Assembly: GCA_947628345.1 (NCBI GenBank)
Contig: CANQZM010000002.1
Location: 1 to 61,015, forward strand
Source of the DNA: an uncultured Bacilli bacterium
GTDB lineage: Bacteria; Bacillota_I; Bacilli_A; RF39; UBA660
Length of the DNA: 61,015 nt
Reading direction: 5' to 3'
Below are positions 19,262 through 29,304 of this stretch, one piece after another. Position 1 is the stretch's first letter; each line of letters begins with the position of its first letter. The notes beneath the pieces were generated by a model that ran no database searches, was not told the origin of the DNA, and saw only the letters and a list, made by a program, of their open reading frames with translations. A program made the position numbers and the translations under genes.

Positions 19262-19954
19262 ATGACTTTTAAATATCGATATCGTAAACAAATTGCACTT
19301 GTTATTTTGATTATTATATTAATTGGTGGGGGTATTACAACATTTTGTCTTTCCAATAAAAAAACTAAAACTAGCACTAACCAAAAAATATTAGTAGAAA
19401 AGAAAGTAATTAAGAAAAAAGAATCAACAAAGATAGAAGAAGAATCTCAAACTACGGAAATTATGGTTGATGTTAAAGGTGAAGTGAATACTCCTGGAAT
19501 TTATAAATTAAGTTTAGGTAGTAGAGTAATTGATGCGATTAATATGGCTGGTGGTCTTACTACTAATGCTGATACTAGTGTTTTAAATTTAAGTAAAAAG
19601 TTAACTGATGAGATGGTAATTTTAGTTTACAGTTATTATGAAGTTAAAAATTTAAAGCAAGTAAAGGAAACAGAAACACTAACAAGAGAAAATTGTAAAA
19701 AGGGAAATGGCGAATTTACCAATGATGCCTGTATTGATAATCAAAACTCTTCAACTATTAATCAAAAAATATCACTTAATAATGCAACCATAGAAGAATT
19801 AATGACTTTATCAGGTATAGGAGAAGCTAAAGCCCAAAATATTATTAAATATCGTGAGGATAATGGTGGTTTTAAAACGATTGATGAATTAAAAGAAGTT
19901 GAAGGAATAGGAGAAGCCTTATTTGCTAAAATTAAGGAAAATATTACTGTCTAA
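19262..19954 (+). CDS. comEA: Competence protein ComEA (SLBB domain plus tandem helix-hairpin-helix)
   Basis: VDVKGEVNTPGIYKL (SLBB) and the C-terminal INNATIEELMTLSGIGEAKAQNIIKYREDNGGFKTIDELKEVEGIGEALFAKI. Confidence 0.85.
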   Translation: MTFKYRYRKQIALVILIIILIGGGITTFCLSNKKTKTSTNQKILVEKKVIKKKESTKIEEESQTTEIMVDVKGEVNTPGIYKLSLGSRVIDAINMAGGLTTNADTSVLNLSKKLTDEMVILVYSYYEVKNLKQVKETETLTRENCKKGNGEFTNDACIDNQNSSTINQKISLNNATIEELMTLSGIGEAKAQNIIKYREDNGGFKTIDELKEVEGIGEALFAKIKENITV

Positions 19955-21971
19955 TTATTTTTATTTAGGACTTATTATAATTCTTTTAATTTATTTAATA
20001 ATCTTTTTTTTAAGCCCTCACCATAGTCATTATGATATAAAACAAAAAGTAGTAGTAGGTATTATTACTAATTATAATATTGATGGGAATAAATTAACTA
20101 TAAATTTAAAAGCTAAAGAAAAATTAATTGGGACTTATTATTTTAAATCACAAAAAGAAAAAGCTATTTTTATTAAAAATATTAGTATTGGTGATAAATT
20201 AAAATTAGCTGGAACTTTTACTAAACCTACTATTAATACAACTGAATATTTATTTAATTATAATAAATATTTAAAAAGACAAGGAATATACTTTATTATT
20301 AATATTAAAGAATTAACACTTCTAAATAAAAATACTAATTTATTTTATTTAATAAAAGATTTTAGTTTTAAAAGAACCAATAATCCTTATTTAAGAACTT
20401 TTATTTTAGGAGATAATTCTTTACTTGCTAAAAACATTCTAAAAAATTATCAAGAATTAGGAATTAGTCATTTATTTGCAATTAGTGGAATGCATATTAG
20501 TCTATTATCAACTATTTTATTAAAATTATTAACTAAAATAGATGAAAAAGCAAAATATTTGATAGTAAGTATTATTTTATTAGGATATTTATTATTAGTT
20601 GGGTTTTTACCTTCTGTTTTAAGGGCTGTTTTATTTTTTATCTTATTTTCAATTAATAAAATATATTATTTTTATATAAAACCAGTACAAATTTATATTA
20701 TAGTTTTAGTAATTTCCTTATTTATAAATCCTAATTATTTATTTGCAGTTGGTTTTTTATATTCTTTTAGTATTTCCCTAGCTTTAATTATATTTGGGGC
20801 TTATATAAATAGTTATAAACATTATTTTACAAAGTTACTAATAACTTCTTTAATTTCTTTTTTAGTAAGTATTCCAATTACTATTTATAATTACAATCAG
20901 TTAAATATTTTAAGTATATTTTATAATTTATTTTATGTTCCTTTAATAAGTATTATAATATTTCCACTTGCTTTAATATCTTTCTTTATAAAACCAGTAA
21001 CTTATTTATTAAATATTTTTATTTATATTTTAGAAAAGAGTAGTAATATTTTAGCTCATATTTCATATTTTAAATTTATATTTTGTCAAAGCCTTTTAGT
21101 TATTTATATTTTATATATTTGTTTAATTGTAATAGCGTTATTAGGTTTAAGTAAGAAAAAATATTATTATACTATACCTGTTATTATTACATTAATAATT
21201 CATACTAACTATAATTTATTTAATACAAAAGATTATTTAATTATGTTTGATATAGGTCAAGGGGATTCTATTTTACTTCATTCCAATAATAAAAATGTTT
21301 TAGTAGATACTGGTGGAAAAATGACTTATAATACTTCCAAATGGCAAGTAACTAAAAATAAATATTCTTTAGTAGAAAATATAACTATACCTTATTTAAA
21401 AAAAAGAGGTATTAAAAAGCTAGATTATTTGATATTAACTCATGGTGATTTTGATCATTTAGGGGAAGCTTTAACTTTAATTCAAAAATTTAAAGTAAAA
21501 AAAATTTTAATTAATGAAGGGAGTCTAAATAATTTAGAAAAACAAATAAAAAAGGAATCTAAAAATGTTATCGTGGCTAAGCAAAATTATTACTTTGAAG
21601 CAGGAGAATTTTCTTTTTTTTCTCTAAATAATGATTTAGGAGAGGAAAACGATAGTAGTTTAGTTTTTTATGTTACTATTAAAAATAAAAAAATATTATT
21701 GATGGGAGATGCTTCTTACAAAAGTGAAGAGAATATTATGAATAATTTTAATTTAGATAAAGTGGATATTTTAAAAGTTGGGCATCACGGTAGTAGAACT
21801 AGTAGTAGTGAAAAATTTTTAAAAACAATTAAACCAAAATTAGCTTTAATATCAGCTGGTAAGGATAATAAGTTTGGACATCCCAATCAAGAAATAATTG
21901 ATCGTTTTCAAAGTTTAGATATTAATTATTTAGTTACTAATAAAGTAGGTAGTATTAAAATTTCTTTCTAA
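19923..21971 (+). CDS. comEC: DNA internalisation competence protein ComEC/Rec2
   Basis: Polytopic competence domain (GISHLFAISGMHIS) plus a C-terminal MBL fold (DIGQGDS, HGDFDHLGE, GHHGS). The TTG start at 19923 overlaps comEA, so the start is uncertain. Confidence 0.85.
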   Translation: MLKLRKILLSNYFYLGLIIILLIYLIIFFLSPHHSHYDIKQKVVVGIITNYNIDGNKLTINLKAKEKLIGTYYFKSQKEKAIFIKNISIGDKLKLAGTFTKPTINTTEYLFNYNKYLKRQGIYFIINIKELTLLNKNTNLFYLIKDFSFKRTNNPYLRTFILGDNSLLAKNILKNYQELGISHLFAISGMHISLLSTILLKLLTKIDEKAKYLIVSIILLGYLLLVGFLPSVLRAVLFFILFSINKIYYFYIKPVQIYIIVLVISLFINPNYLFAVGFLYSFSISLALIIFGAYINSYKHYFTKLLITSLISFLVSIPITIYNYNQLNILSIFYNLFYVPLISIIIFPLALISFFIKPVTYLLNIFIYILEKSSNILAHISYFKFIFCQSLLVIYILYICLIVIALLGLSKKKYYYTIPVIITLIIHTNYNLFNTKDYLIMFDIGQGDSILLHSNNKNVLVDTGGKMTYNTSKWQVTKNKYSLVENITIPYLKKRGIKKLDYLILTHGDFDHLGEALTLIQKFKVKKILINEGSLNNLEKQIKKESKNVIVAKQNYYFEAGEFSFFSLNNDLGEENDSSLVFYVTIKNKKILLMGDASYKSEENIMNNFNLDKVDILKVGHHGSRTSSSEKFLKTIKPKLALISAGKDNKFGHPNQEIIDRFQSLDINYLVTNKVGSIKISF

Positions 21972-22025
21972 AAATTATTGCATATTTTTGACTATTTTAT
22001 TACAATTAAATTAATAAAAGTGGTG

Positions 22026-22937
22026 ATGCAGATGATTGATTTAAAAGAAAAAATAGATAATACTAATACTACTAAATTGAAACAATCTTATATGGATGCA
22101 TGTAGTGATAAAAAATTTTATAATTATGTTCAAACTATACCAACTACAGAAGATGTTTTAATGAAATATACTTCACTTTTACAAGAAAGTTATCTGGAAA
22201 ATGATAATTGTAAAAAATGTAAGAGTTTAACTGATTGTAAAAATAAAATAGAAGGGTATATTTTAACTCCTGAAGTTAGAGAAAAAAGCATTAATTTTTC
22301 TTATAATTGTTGTTCTAAAAAAATGAAACAAGATGAAGAAGAAAAATATTTAAAAAATGTTGATTATTTTGATATTCCTAAAGAAATAAGAAAAGCTTCT
22401 TTTAAAGATTTATATAGTGATGATACTTCTAGGGTACCAGTTATGAAATATATTAAAGACTTTGTTAAAAATTATCCAAAAGATGATAAGATTAAAGGAC
22501 TTTATTTACATGGATCATTTGGTTCTGGAAAAACTTACATTATTGCTGCTTTATTAAATGATATGGCTAAAAAAAATATTAAAAGTGCCTGTTTATATTA
22601 CCCAGAATTTTTAAGAGATTTAAAAGCTTCTTTCAAAACAGATTATGAAGAAAAATTCCGTTATATAAAAAAAGTACCATTGTTATTACTAGATGATATT
22701 GGTGCTGAAAATGTTAGTAATTTTAGTCGTGATGAAATTTTAGGACCGATATTACAGTACCGTATGGAAGAAAATTTACCTACTTTTTTTACTTCTAATT
22801 TAACTTTAGATGAATTAGAAAAAAATTTAGCAATAACTTCTAGTGGTATAGATAAATTAAAAGCTAAACGTATAATTGAGAGAATTAAACAATTAACTGT
22901 TTCTATTGAATTAGTAAGTAAAAATAGAAGAAGTTAG
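22026..22937 (+). CDS. dnaI: Primosomal helicase loader DnaI-like AAA+ protein
   Basis: N-terminal Cys cluster (CKKCKSLTDCKN), Walker A GSFGSGKTY and Walker B LLLDDIGAE. Sits upstream of thrS, as in Bacillus. Start is ATG 22026 or 22032. Confidence 0.75.
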   Translation: MQMIDLKEKIDNTNTTKLKQSYMDACSDKKFYNYVQTIPTTEDVLMKYTSLLQESYLENDNCKKCKSLTDCKNKIEGYILTPEVREKSINFSYNCCSKKMKQDEEEKYLKNVDYFDIPKEIRKASFKDLYSDDTSRVPVMKYIKDFVKNYPKDDKIKGLYLHGSFGSGKTYIIAALLNDMAKKNIKSACLYYPEFLRDLKASFKTDYEEKFRYIKKVPLLLLDDIGAENVSNFSRDEILGPILQYRMEENLPTFFTSNLTLDELEKNLAITSSGIDKLKAKRIIERIKQLTVSIELVSKNRRS

Positions 22938-22957
22938 TATGATCTAAAAAAGAAAAG

Positions 22958-22986
22958 CTTGCATATATTATAAAAGTATGTTACAA
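22958..22986 (+). promoter_or_regulatory. Candidate promoter of the thrS leader
   Basis: TTGCAT (22958-22963), 17-nt spacer, TACAAT (22981-22986). Confidence 0.55.
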
Positions 22987-22989
22987 TAT

Positions 22990-23204
22990 TTGCGAAATAA
23001 AAACAGTGACTGAGGACACGATTATTTTAAACATTTCATTAAAGAGAGTTCGTGGTTGGTGTAAACGAATTGAAATTAAAATAATTACTACCTTACGAGT
23101 TGAATTATGAAAAGTAATTCCGGTAATACCGTTATCCAAATAAAGTAAAATACCTGGATGGTACCGTGTTTTAAGCACTCCAATATTAATATTGGAGTTT
23201 TTTT
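22990..23204 (+). promoter_or_regulatory. T-box riboswitch leader, threonine specifier
   Basis: AGAGAG bulge (from 23043). Thr codons ACU/ACC at 23087-23092 in the specifier region. T-box sequence AAATACCTGGATGGTACCGTG (about 23147-23168). Terminator CTCCAATATTAATATTGGAG (23178-23197) plus T7. Confidence 0.85.
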
Positions 23205-23225
23205 ATTAGGAAGGAGAAGATAGAT

Positions 23226-24953
23226 ATGATAAATATTAAAGAAGATGAAAGATTAAATCCTCTAAACCATAGTTGTGCTCACCTTTTAGCTCAGGCTGTA
23301 AGACATTTATATCCAAATGCTAAATTTTGGGTAGGACCTGTTATTGACAATGGGTTTTACTATGATATGGATTTAGATGGTGTGGTTATCAAAGAAGAAG
23401 ATTTAAATAAAATCGAAAAGGAAATGAAAAAAATTCAAAAAGATGGTAAAAAAATTATTCGTCAAGTTATAACCAAAGAAGAGGCACTTTCTTTATTTAA
23501 AGAAGATCCATATAAAATTGATTTGATTGAAAATATGAATGAAGATGAAGAAATTACTTGTTATACACAAGGTGATTTCACGGATTTATGTCGAGGGCCA
23601 CATGTAGATTCTGTAAAAGAATTAAAATATTTTAAGCTTTTAAAAGTAAGTGGTGCATATTATAAAGGGGATTCTCATAATAAAATGTTACAACGTGTCT
23701 ATGGTATTTGTTTTGATACTGAAGAAGATTTAAAAGAATATTTAAACTTTTTAGAAGAAGCTAAAAAAAGAGATCACAAAAAACTTGGTAAAGATTTGGA
23801 ACTTTTTATGATTAGTGAATATGGTCCTGGATTTCCGTTCTTTTTACCAAAGGGTATGATTTTAAGAAACATACTTGAAAACTTTTGGTATACGGAACAT
23901 ACAAAAGAAGGGTATGATTTTGTTAAAACTCCAATGATGTTGTCACGTGAACTTTGGGAAACATCAGGACATTGGGATAACTATCGTGATAATATGTATA
24001 CATCTGAAATTGATGAAAAAACATTTGCGATTAAACCAATGAATTGTCCAGGTGGTATGCTTGTTTACAAGAATAAGTTACATTCTTATAAAGATTTACC
24101 ATTAAGAATTGGAGAACTTGGTCAAGTTCATCGTCATGAAGCTAGTGGAGCTTTAAATGGACTTTTTAGAGTACGTACTTTTACCCAAGATGATGCCCAT
24201 ATCTTTATGAGAGAAGATCAGATTGAAGAAGAAATTGTTAGATTGATCGCTTTTATTGATAGAGTGTACAAAATTTTTGGTCTTTCATATGAAATTGAAT
24301 TATCAACAAGACCAGAAGATAAATTTATTGGAACCATTGAATCTTGGGATAGAGCAGAAAGTATTTTAAAGAAAGCTTGTCATCAAGCTGGACATGATTG
24401 CAAAATTAATGAAGGTGATGGAGCCTTTTACGGACCAAAACTAGATTTTCATATTAAAGATTCTTTAGGTAGAGTATGGCAATGTGGAACTATTCAATTA
24501 GATAATAATTTGCCAGAGCGATTTGACTTAACCTATGTTGATAGTGATGGAGAAAAAAAGCGACCTGTTATGTTACATCGTGTTATCTTTGGTTCAATCG
24601 AAAGATTTATTGGTATTTTGATAGAACACTATGCTGGTGCCTTTCCGGTTTTCCTAGCACCTGTTCAAATAAAAGTAATTCCAGTAGCAAGTGAACATCA
24701 TAGTGACTATGCTAAACTAGTGACAGAAAAGTTAAAAGAAGCTAATCTTCGAGTAGAACTAGATGATCGAAATGAAAAACTAGGTTATCGCTTGCGAGAA
24801 GCACAAACAAGTAAAGTTCCATATACTTTAATATTAGGTGATAAAGAAAAAGAAAGTAAGACAGTTAGTTACCGTAAATATGGCACTACTGAAACAACAA
24901 CTTTAAAAATAGATGAATTTATCGAACATATTAATAGTGAAATTATAATTTAA
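23226..24953 (+). CDS. thrS: Threonine--tRNA ligase (short form without the N-terminal TGS domain)
   Basis: Starts at the editing/SAD region (HSCAHLLAQAV). Class II core (FRVRTFTQDDAHIF, GAFYGPK) and a C-terminal anticodon-binding domain. Confidence 0.95.
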   Translation: MINIKEDERLNPLNHSCAHLLAQAVRHLYPNAKFWVGPVIDNGFYYDMDLDGVVIKEEDLNKIEKEMKKIQKDGKKIIRQVITKEEALSLFKEDPYKIDLIENMNEDEEITCYTQGDFTDLCRGPHVDSVKELKYFKLLKVSGAYYKGDSHNKMLQRVYGICFDTEEDLKEYLNFLEEAKKRDHKKLGKDLELFMISEYGPGFPFFLPKGMILRNILENFWYTEHTKEGYDFVKTPMMLSRELWETSGHWDNYRDNMYTSEIDEKTFAIKPMNCPGGMLVYKNKLHSYKDLPLRIGELGQVHRHEASGALNGLFRVRTFTQDDAHIFMREDQIEEEIVRLIAFIDRVYKIFGLSYEIELSTRPEDKFIGTIESWDRAESILKKACHQAGHDCKINEGDGAFYGPKLDFHIKDSLGRVWQCGTIQLDNNLPERFDLTYVDSDGEKKRPVMLHRVIFGSIERFIGILIEHYAGAFPVFLAPVQIKVIPVASEHHSDYAKLVTEKLKEANLRVELDDRNEKLGYRLREAQTSKVPYTLILGDKEKESKTVSYRKYGTTETTTLKIDEFIEHINSEIII

Positions 24954-24976
24954 TTATGAATATATTATGAAAAAAA

Positions 24977-25005
24977 TTGACATTTGTCAGTTTTTTTGAT
25001 ATAAT
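24977..25005 (+). promoter_or_regulatory. Consensus sigma-A promoter
   Basis: TTGACA (24977-24982), 17-nt spacer, TATAAT (25000-25005). Confidence 0.6.
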
Positions 25006-25034
25006 CATACCACTAAAAAGGGGGGATTAATGTT

Positions 25035-26267
25035 ATGATAAATAAGAGCCGAAAGGACTTTGAAAAGATTTATAAAATAATTATTCCAAAACTACAAAAC
25101 AATGAGACAATTGACTATGAATTAGAAAAATTTGATTTTAATACTTTGGCAGTACTATATGCTACTGAAGACGAATTTAACTTATATCATGAGCTTAGAA
25201 AGAAGACTATAAATAGTTCATATCTTCAACAATTGGAACAAGATTTTGAGAAGTTCATAGAAGGCGATAAACAATATCAAGATAAAGCTTATGAATACTA
25301 TCTTAACTATGCCACTTATCATCAAAAAAGATCCTACGAAATTAGTACCAAAATTGATGGACCATATAAAAATGGAATGTCAATAGATATGATGAAGAAA
25401 ATTCTTTTTACGGATGATGCAGATATTGATATAGCTGATATTGCCAAAGATTACACAGTTACACAGTGTGATATTACTATAGCTAAAGTTTATATGTATG
25501 TAATTAAATATAATTTAACTGAACAAGAAGAACAAAAATTAAGAAATGTTATCAAAGCATGTAGAGTATATTTAGCCAATTGTAAAAAACAAGAAATTAA
25601 ATTGATTCAAGATCAGGCTAAAAAACAAGAAGAACAAGCTAAGCAAAAAAGATATAAGGAAATATTTACTCAAGCACAATACTATTTGCAACATTTTATG
25701 GAATTAGATTTAAGTAAAGAAAGTTTTTGCCGTGAAATGAAAATTAGTCTTGAACAATTAGAAGAATATGCAGAAGCTATAGAATTACAAGATCCTAATT
25801 TGTATAATAAATATAAAAATATACTTGAACAGCATAAAAATAGAAAATATATTGATATGCTAAAAACAGCTTATCAAATTGTTGATGGAATAAGATATGG
25901 TATTACTAATAAAAATAACGAGACTAGACCCTTTGAAATACTTGATTATTATTTGATTACTACTTTATCTTTTGATGATGTATCATCGTTATTAAAGGAT
26001 GAGCCAATTAAGCTTAAAACTTTTAAAATATTTTTAAATAAAAATAAAAATTGTGGGTTCATAAATATTAAAGATGAATTAAATAATAAATATATTATAG
26101 GTAATCATACTATTAGTGATACTGAAAAATTAGAAGTTATTGATTATCTGAAAAATCATAAAATTCCATTAACTACTAAAATTTATAATCAAGCTTTAAG
26201 ACGTCACATAAAAGGTGAACTTTATGAACAAAAAAAAGAAGTAGATAAAATAAAAAATAAATATTAG
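25035..26267 (+). CDS. Hypothetical cytoplasmic protein (410 aa)
   Basis: Long ORF behind the RBS GGGGGG. Charged and helical, with no TM segment and no recognisable motif. Confidence 0.45.
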   Translation: MINKSRKDFEKIYKIIIPKLQNNETIDYELEKFDFNTLAVLYATEDEFNLYHELRKKTINSSYLQQLEQDFEKFIEGDKQYQDKAYEYYLNYATYHQKRSYEISTKIDGPYKNGMSIDMMKKILFTDDADIDIADIAKDYTVTQCDITIAKVYMYVIKYNLTEQEEQKLRNVIKACRVYLANCKKQEIKLIQDQAKKQEEQAKQKRYKEIFTQAQYYLQHFMELDLSKESFCREMKISLEQLEEYAEAIELQDPNLYNKYKNILEQHKNRKYIDMLKTAYQIVDGIRYGITNKNNETRPFEILDYYLITTLSFDDVSSLLKDEPIKLKTFKIFLNKNKNCGFINIKDELNNKYIIGNHTISDTEKLEVIDYLKNHKIPLTTKIYNQALRRHIKGELYEQKKEVDKIKNKY

Positions 26268-26294
26268 AACCAGCTACATTAAGGGGGATATGTT

Positions 26295-27788
26295 ATGGTT
26301 GATTTAAAACAGGAAAGTAAAAAAATTAAAAAATTAATTGATAATAAAGAATATGAAAAAGCATTAGAAGTTGCTGAATTTTATATTAAAAAATATCCTG
26401 ATGACATTTACTTTAAGTTTTATAGAGGAAAGGCCTTATTTCTTTTAAAGAATTATAAAAGTTCTAGAAAACAATTATTAAAAGTGGTAGAAAGTTCTGA
26501 ATTTAATTCAGATGATAATCAAATATATGCTAGTTCATATTTCTATTTAGGTGCAATGGCTCATTTATCAAATTATAAAAATATTGAATTAGCTATTAAA
26601 TATTATGAAACTGCGATTGAGTTTAATCCAAAACAAGCAGATAAGTGTTATATTTCTATTGCTGAATTAGAAATTGATCGAGGTAATTATGCTAAAGCTT
26701 ATAATCTACTTAATAAGTGTAATAATCAAGTGAATTTAAGAGTGTCATTACATAAGGCTAGGGCCTTAAAAGGGATGCATAGATTTGAGGAAGCCCAAGC
26801 TATTCTTGATAATGTTGATGTTAAAGAAAATGATTCTTATCTATATCGCAGAATTAATATTGAGAAAGCTCATTTGGCCTCCCCAACTGATTATAAAAAA
26901 GCAGAAAAGTATTATCAAATGGCTTTACGTGGCCCTAAGGATTATAATTATTGGCTTACTATTTGTAGTTTAGGTAATTTGTATACTAGATATCAACAAT
27001 ATGATAAAGCCTTGGAGTGTTATAAGGATTTGTTGGGAAATGAATCTCGTTTTGAAGATGTGGCTTTATGTGAAATTGCTCACATTTATCAAATGAATTT
27101 TATATACCAAAAAGCCTTAGATTTATATAAAAAAATACCAAAAAACTCTAAACATTATTTTAAAGCTGTTTATAGATCAGGACTTATTTATATGAATACT
27201 GGAAATTATGAAGAGGCAAAAAACTGTTTATCAAAAGTTAAATTCTATAATAAACAATTTCAAGCTAAAATTATATTTTCTTATATAATTGCATTATTTA
27301 GAAATAAAGAATATAAAGAAGCAAGACAGCTCTTAAGTACTATTAATATAGATGATTTAACAAAAAATCGTTATTCCGAATATTTATTTTTAGAAGAAGT
27401 TTTGAATAATAAAATTATAGAAGATAGAAAATCTTATCCTGGTAGGCAGATGGCTAATTATTCTATGGAAAATTTCATTAAATATACTATGGCATCAAAT
27501 AAAGATATGAATGATTCTATGCAACATAACTATGGAAAGGTTATAGAATTTTCAGATGATGTAGATATCATATCATTATGTAAAAATGCATCTAGTATGG
27601 TTCAAGATCAAGAGCCTAATTTACGCGCAGTGTTTGATTATTATGATGTGTATTATGATGGTATTACAGATAGAAATAAAGCTAAAGCTAATAGTATTAG
27701 AATTATTACTTTACCAGATACTAAGCAAGTTATAAGAATTTATCCCAATACCATTCCTGATACTTCTAAGCAAAAAGTTAAGAAATAA
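26295..27788 (+). CDS. TPR repeat protein (497 aa)
   Basis: Multiple TPR-like units (YEKALEVAEFYIKKYPDD, AIKYYETAIEFNPKQ, YDKALECYKDLL, YEEAKNCLSKV). Confidence 0.6.
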   Translation: MVDLKQESKKIKKLIDNKEYEKALEVAEFYIKKYPDDIYFKFYRGKALFLLKNYKSSRKQLLKVVESSEFNSDDNQIYASSYFYLGAMAHLSNYKNIELAIKYYETAIEFNPKQADKCYISIAELEIDRGNYAKAYNLLNKCNNQVNLRVSLHKARALKGMHRFEEAQAILDNVDVKENDSYLYRRINIEKAHLASPTDYKKAEKYYQMALRGPKDYNYWLTICSLGNLYTRYQQYDKALECYKDLLGNESRFEDVALCEIAHIYQMNFIYQKALDLYKKIPKNSKHYFKAVYRSGLIYMNTGNYEEAKNCLSKVKFYNKQFQAKIIFSYIIALFRNKEYKEARQLLSTINIDDLTKNRYSEYLFLEEVLNNKIIEDRKSYPGRQMANYSMENFIKYTMASNKDMNDSMQHNYGKVIEFSDDVDIISLCKNASSMVQDQEPNLRAVFDYYDVYYDGITDRNKAKANSIRIITLPDTKQVIRIYPNTIPDTSKQKVKK

Positions 27789-27810
27789 TAATAGTTGTAA
27801 AAAAGTGTAA

Positions 27811-27856
27811 AAAACAAAAAAAAGTGAAAAAAATCACTTTTTTTTTGTTTTTTTTC
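27811..27856. terminator. Long A/T-flanked hairpin, bidirectional terminator candidate
   Basis: AAAACAAAAAAAAGTGA-aaaaaa-TCACTTTTTTTTTGTTTT, with a one-T bulge. Confidence 0.6.
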
Positions 27857-27857
27857 A

Positions 27858-27886
27858 TTTACAAATTATTAGCCTTATAGTAGTAT
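27858..27886 (+). promoter_or_regulatory. Candidate dcw (mraZ) promoter
   Basis: TTTACA (27858-27863), 17-nt spacer, TAGTAT (27881-27886). Confidence 0.4.
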
Positions 27887-27897
27887 ATAACTAAGCA

Positions 27898-27922
27898 GTG
27901 GTTGATTGTGGTAGAAAGTGGG
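27898..27922 (+). promoter_or_regulatory. Putative MraZ operator: three GTGG(T/G) direct repeats at 10-bp phasing
   Basis: GTGGT at 27898, GTGGT at 27908 and GTGGG at 27918, between the candidate -10 and the mraZ start. Confidence 0.55.
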
Positions 27923-27930
27923 GGATTTCT

Positions 27931-28368
27931 ATGTTCATGGGTGAATATCATCATAATATTGATGATAAAGGACGTTTAATTATTCCTTCAAAGTTTAGGG
28001 AAGCTTTAGGAAATGAATTCATTGTAACTCGTGGAATTGAAAATTGTCTTTTTGCATATTCAAAAAGCGATTGGGAAAAAATTGTTAACAAATTAGAAAC
28101 CTTACCATTTACTAAAAAAGATGCGAGAAGTTTTGTTCGTTTCTTTCTATCAGGCGCTACTTGTGCAGAATTTGATAAACAAGGACGTATTAATATTACC
28201 TCCCCATTAATTTCTTATGCCAATATTAAAAAAGAATGTGTAGTAATTGGTGCTGGAAATAGAATAGAGATATGGTCTTTACAAGATTGGGATAACTTCT
28301 TTAATTCTGCGAAGGACAACATGTCTGATATAGCCGAAAACTTATTTGATGAAAGCGTGACATTATAA
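27931..28368 (+). CDS. mraZ: Transcriptional regulator MraZ
   Basis: [23 protein letters not shown] and a second DKQGRINI repeat. The track start at 27898 is probably too far upstream. Confidence 0.9.
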   Translation: MFMGEYHHNIDDKGRLIIPSKFREALGNEFIVTRGIENCLFAYSKSDWEKIVNKLETLPFTKKDARSFVRFFLSGATCAEFDKQGRINITSPLISYANIKKECVVIGAGNRIEIWSLQDWDNFFNSAKDNMSDIAENLFDESVTL

Positions 28369-29291
28369 TGCATATTAGTGTTTTATTAGAAGAAGCTATA
28401 GAGGCTTTAAATATACAAGAAGATAGCATTATAGTAGATGCAACGCTAGGTTATGGGGGACATAGCAGTAATATCTTGAAAAGAATAAAAAGAGGGCACT
28501 TATTCGCCTTTGACCAAGATAGTGAAGCTATTAACTTTAGTACCAATCGATTAAAAAAGATTGGTACTAACTTCACTATCATCAAAAGTAACTTTAGTGA
28601 TATGAAAAAGCAACTTCAAAAGTTAGGGGTTGAAAAAGTTGATGGTATATTATTTGATTTAGGAGTCTCATCACCCCAGTTAGATAATAAAGAAAGAGGA
28701 TTTAGCTACCATCAAGATGCTAAGCTTGATATGAGAATGGATCAAGATAGCGAATTTTCGGCTTATGAACTAATTAATACATATTCTAAAAGTGAACTAG
28801 CTAATATCTTTTATAAATATGGGGAAAGTAAATTTGCTAATAATATTGCTAAAAAAATAGTTGAATATCGAGAAACTAAAAAAATAGAAACAACTTTAGA
28901 ACTAGTTGAAATTATAAAGTCAGCGGTACCGATGAAATTCCGTAAGGATAAACACCCTGCAAGGCAAATATTTCAAGCTATTCGAATCGAAGTTAATCAG
29001 GAGTTAGAGGTCTTAAAAACAGCATTAGCTGGGGCCTTAGATTTAATAGATGTTTCTGGAAGAGTAGGTGTTATTACCTTTCATTCATTAGAAGATAAAA
29101 TAGTTAAAAGGTATTTTAAAGAAAAATGTGAAATAGATCCAAAACTAAAAGGTTTACCTAATATTCCAATAGAATATTTACCAGATTTTAAACTGGTTTC
29201 TAATAAACCAATCACTCCTAGTTCAGAAGAATTAGAAAAAAATCCTCGATCTAGAAGTGCTAAATTACGAATTATTGAAAGAATAAAATAA
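28368..29291 (+). CDS. rsmH: 16S rRNA (cytosine1402-N4)-methyltransferase RsmH
   Basis: H(I/V)SVLL, DATLGYGGHS, FDLGVSSPQLD, HSLEDK and RSRSAKLR. Confidence 0.95.
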   Translation: MHISVLLEEAIEALNIQEDSIIVDATLGYGGHSSNILKRIKRGHLFAFDQDSEAINFSTNRLKKIGTNFTIIKSNFSDMKKQLQKLGVEKVDGILFDLGVSSPQLDNKERGFSYHQDAKLDMRMDQDSEFSAYELINTYSKSELANIFYKYGESKFANNIAKKIVEYRETKKIETTLELVEIIKSAVPMKFRKDKHPARQIFQAIRIEVNQELEVLKTALAGALDLIDVSGRVGVITFHSLEDKIVKRYFKEKCEIDPKLKGLPNIPIEYLPDFKLVSNKPITPSSEELEKNPRSRSAKLRIIERIK

Positions 29292-29304
29292 GGAGATGGT
29301 CAAA

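Noticed and set aside
22981-23178. 65-aa minus-strand ORF upstream of thrS.
   Set aside because: It lies entirely within the T-box leader, which accounts for the sequence conservation features there.
26785-26973. 62-aa + strand ORF in another frame of the TPR gene.
   Set aside because: It is embedded in a longer, motif-bearing ORF and has no RBS.
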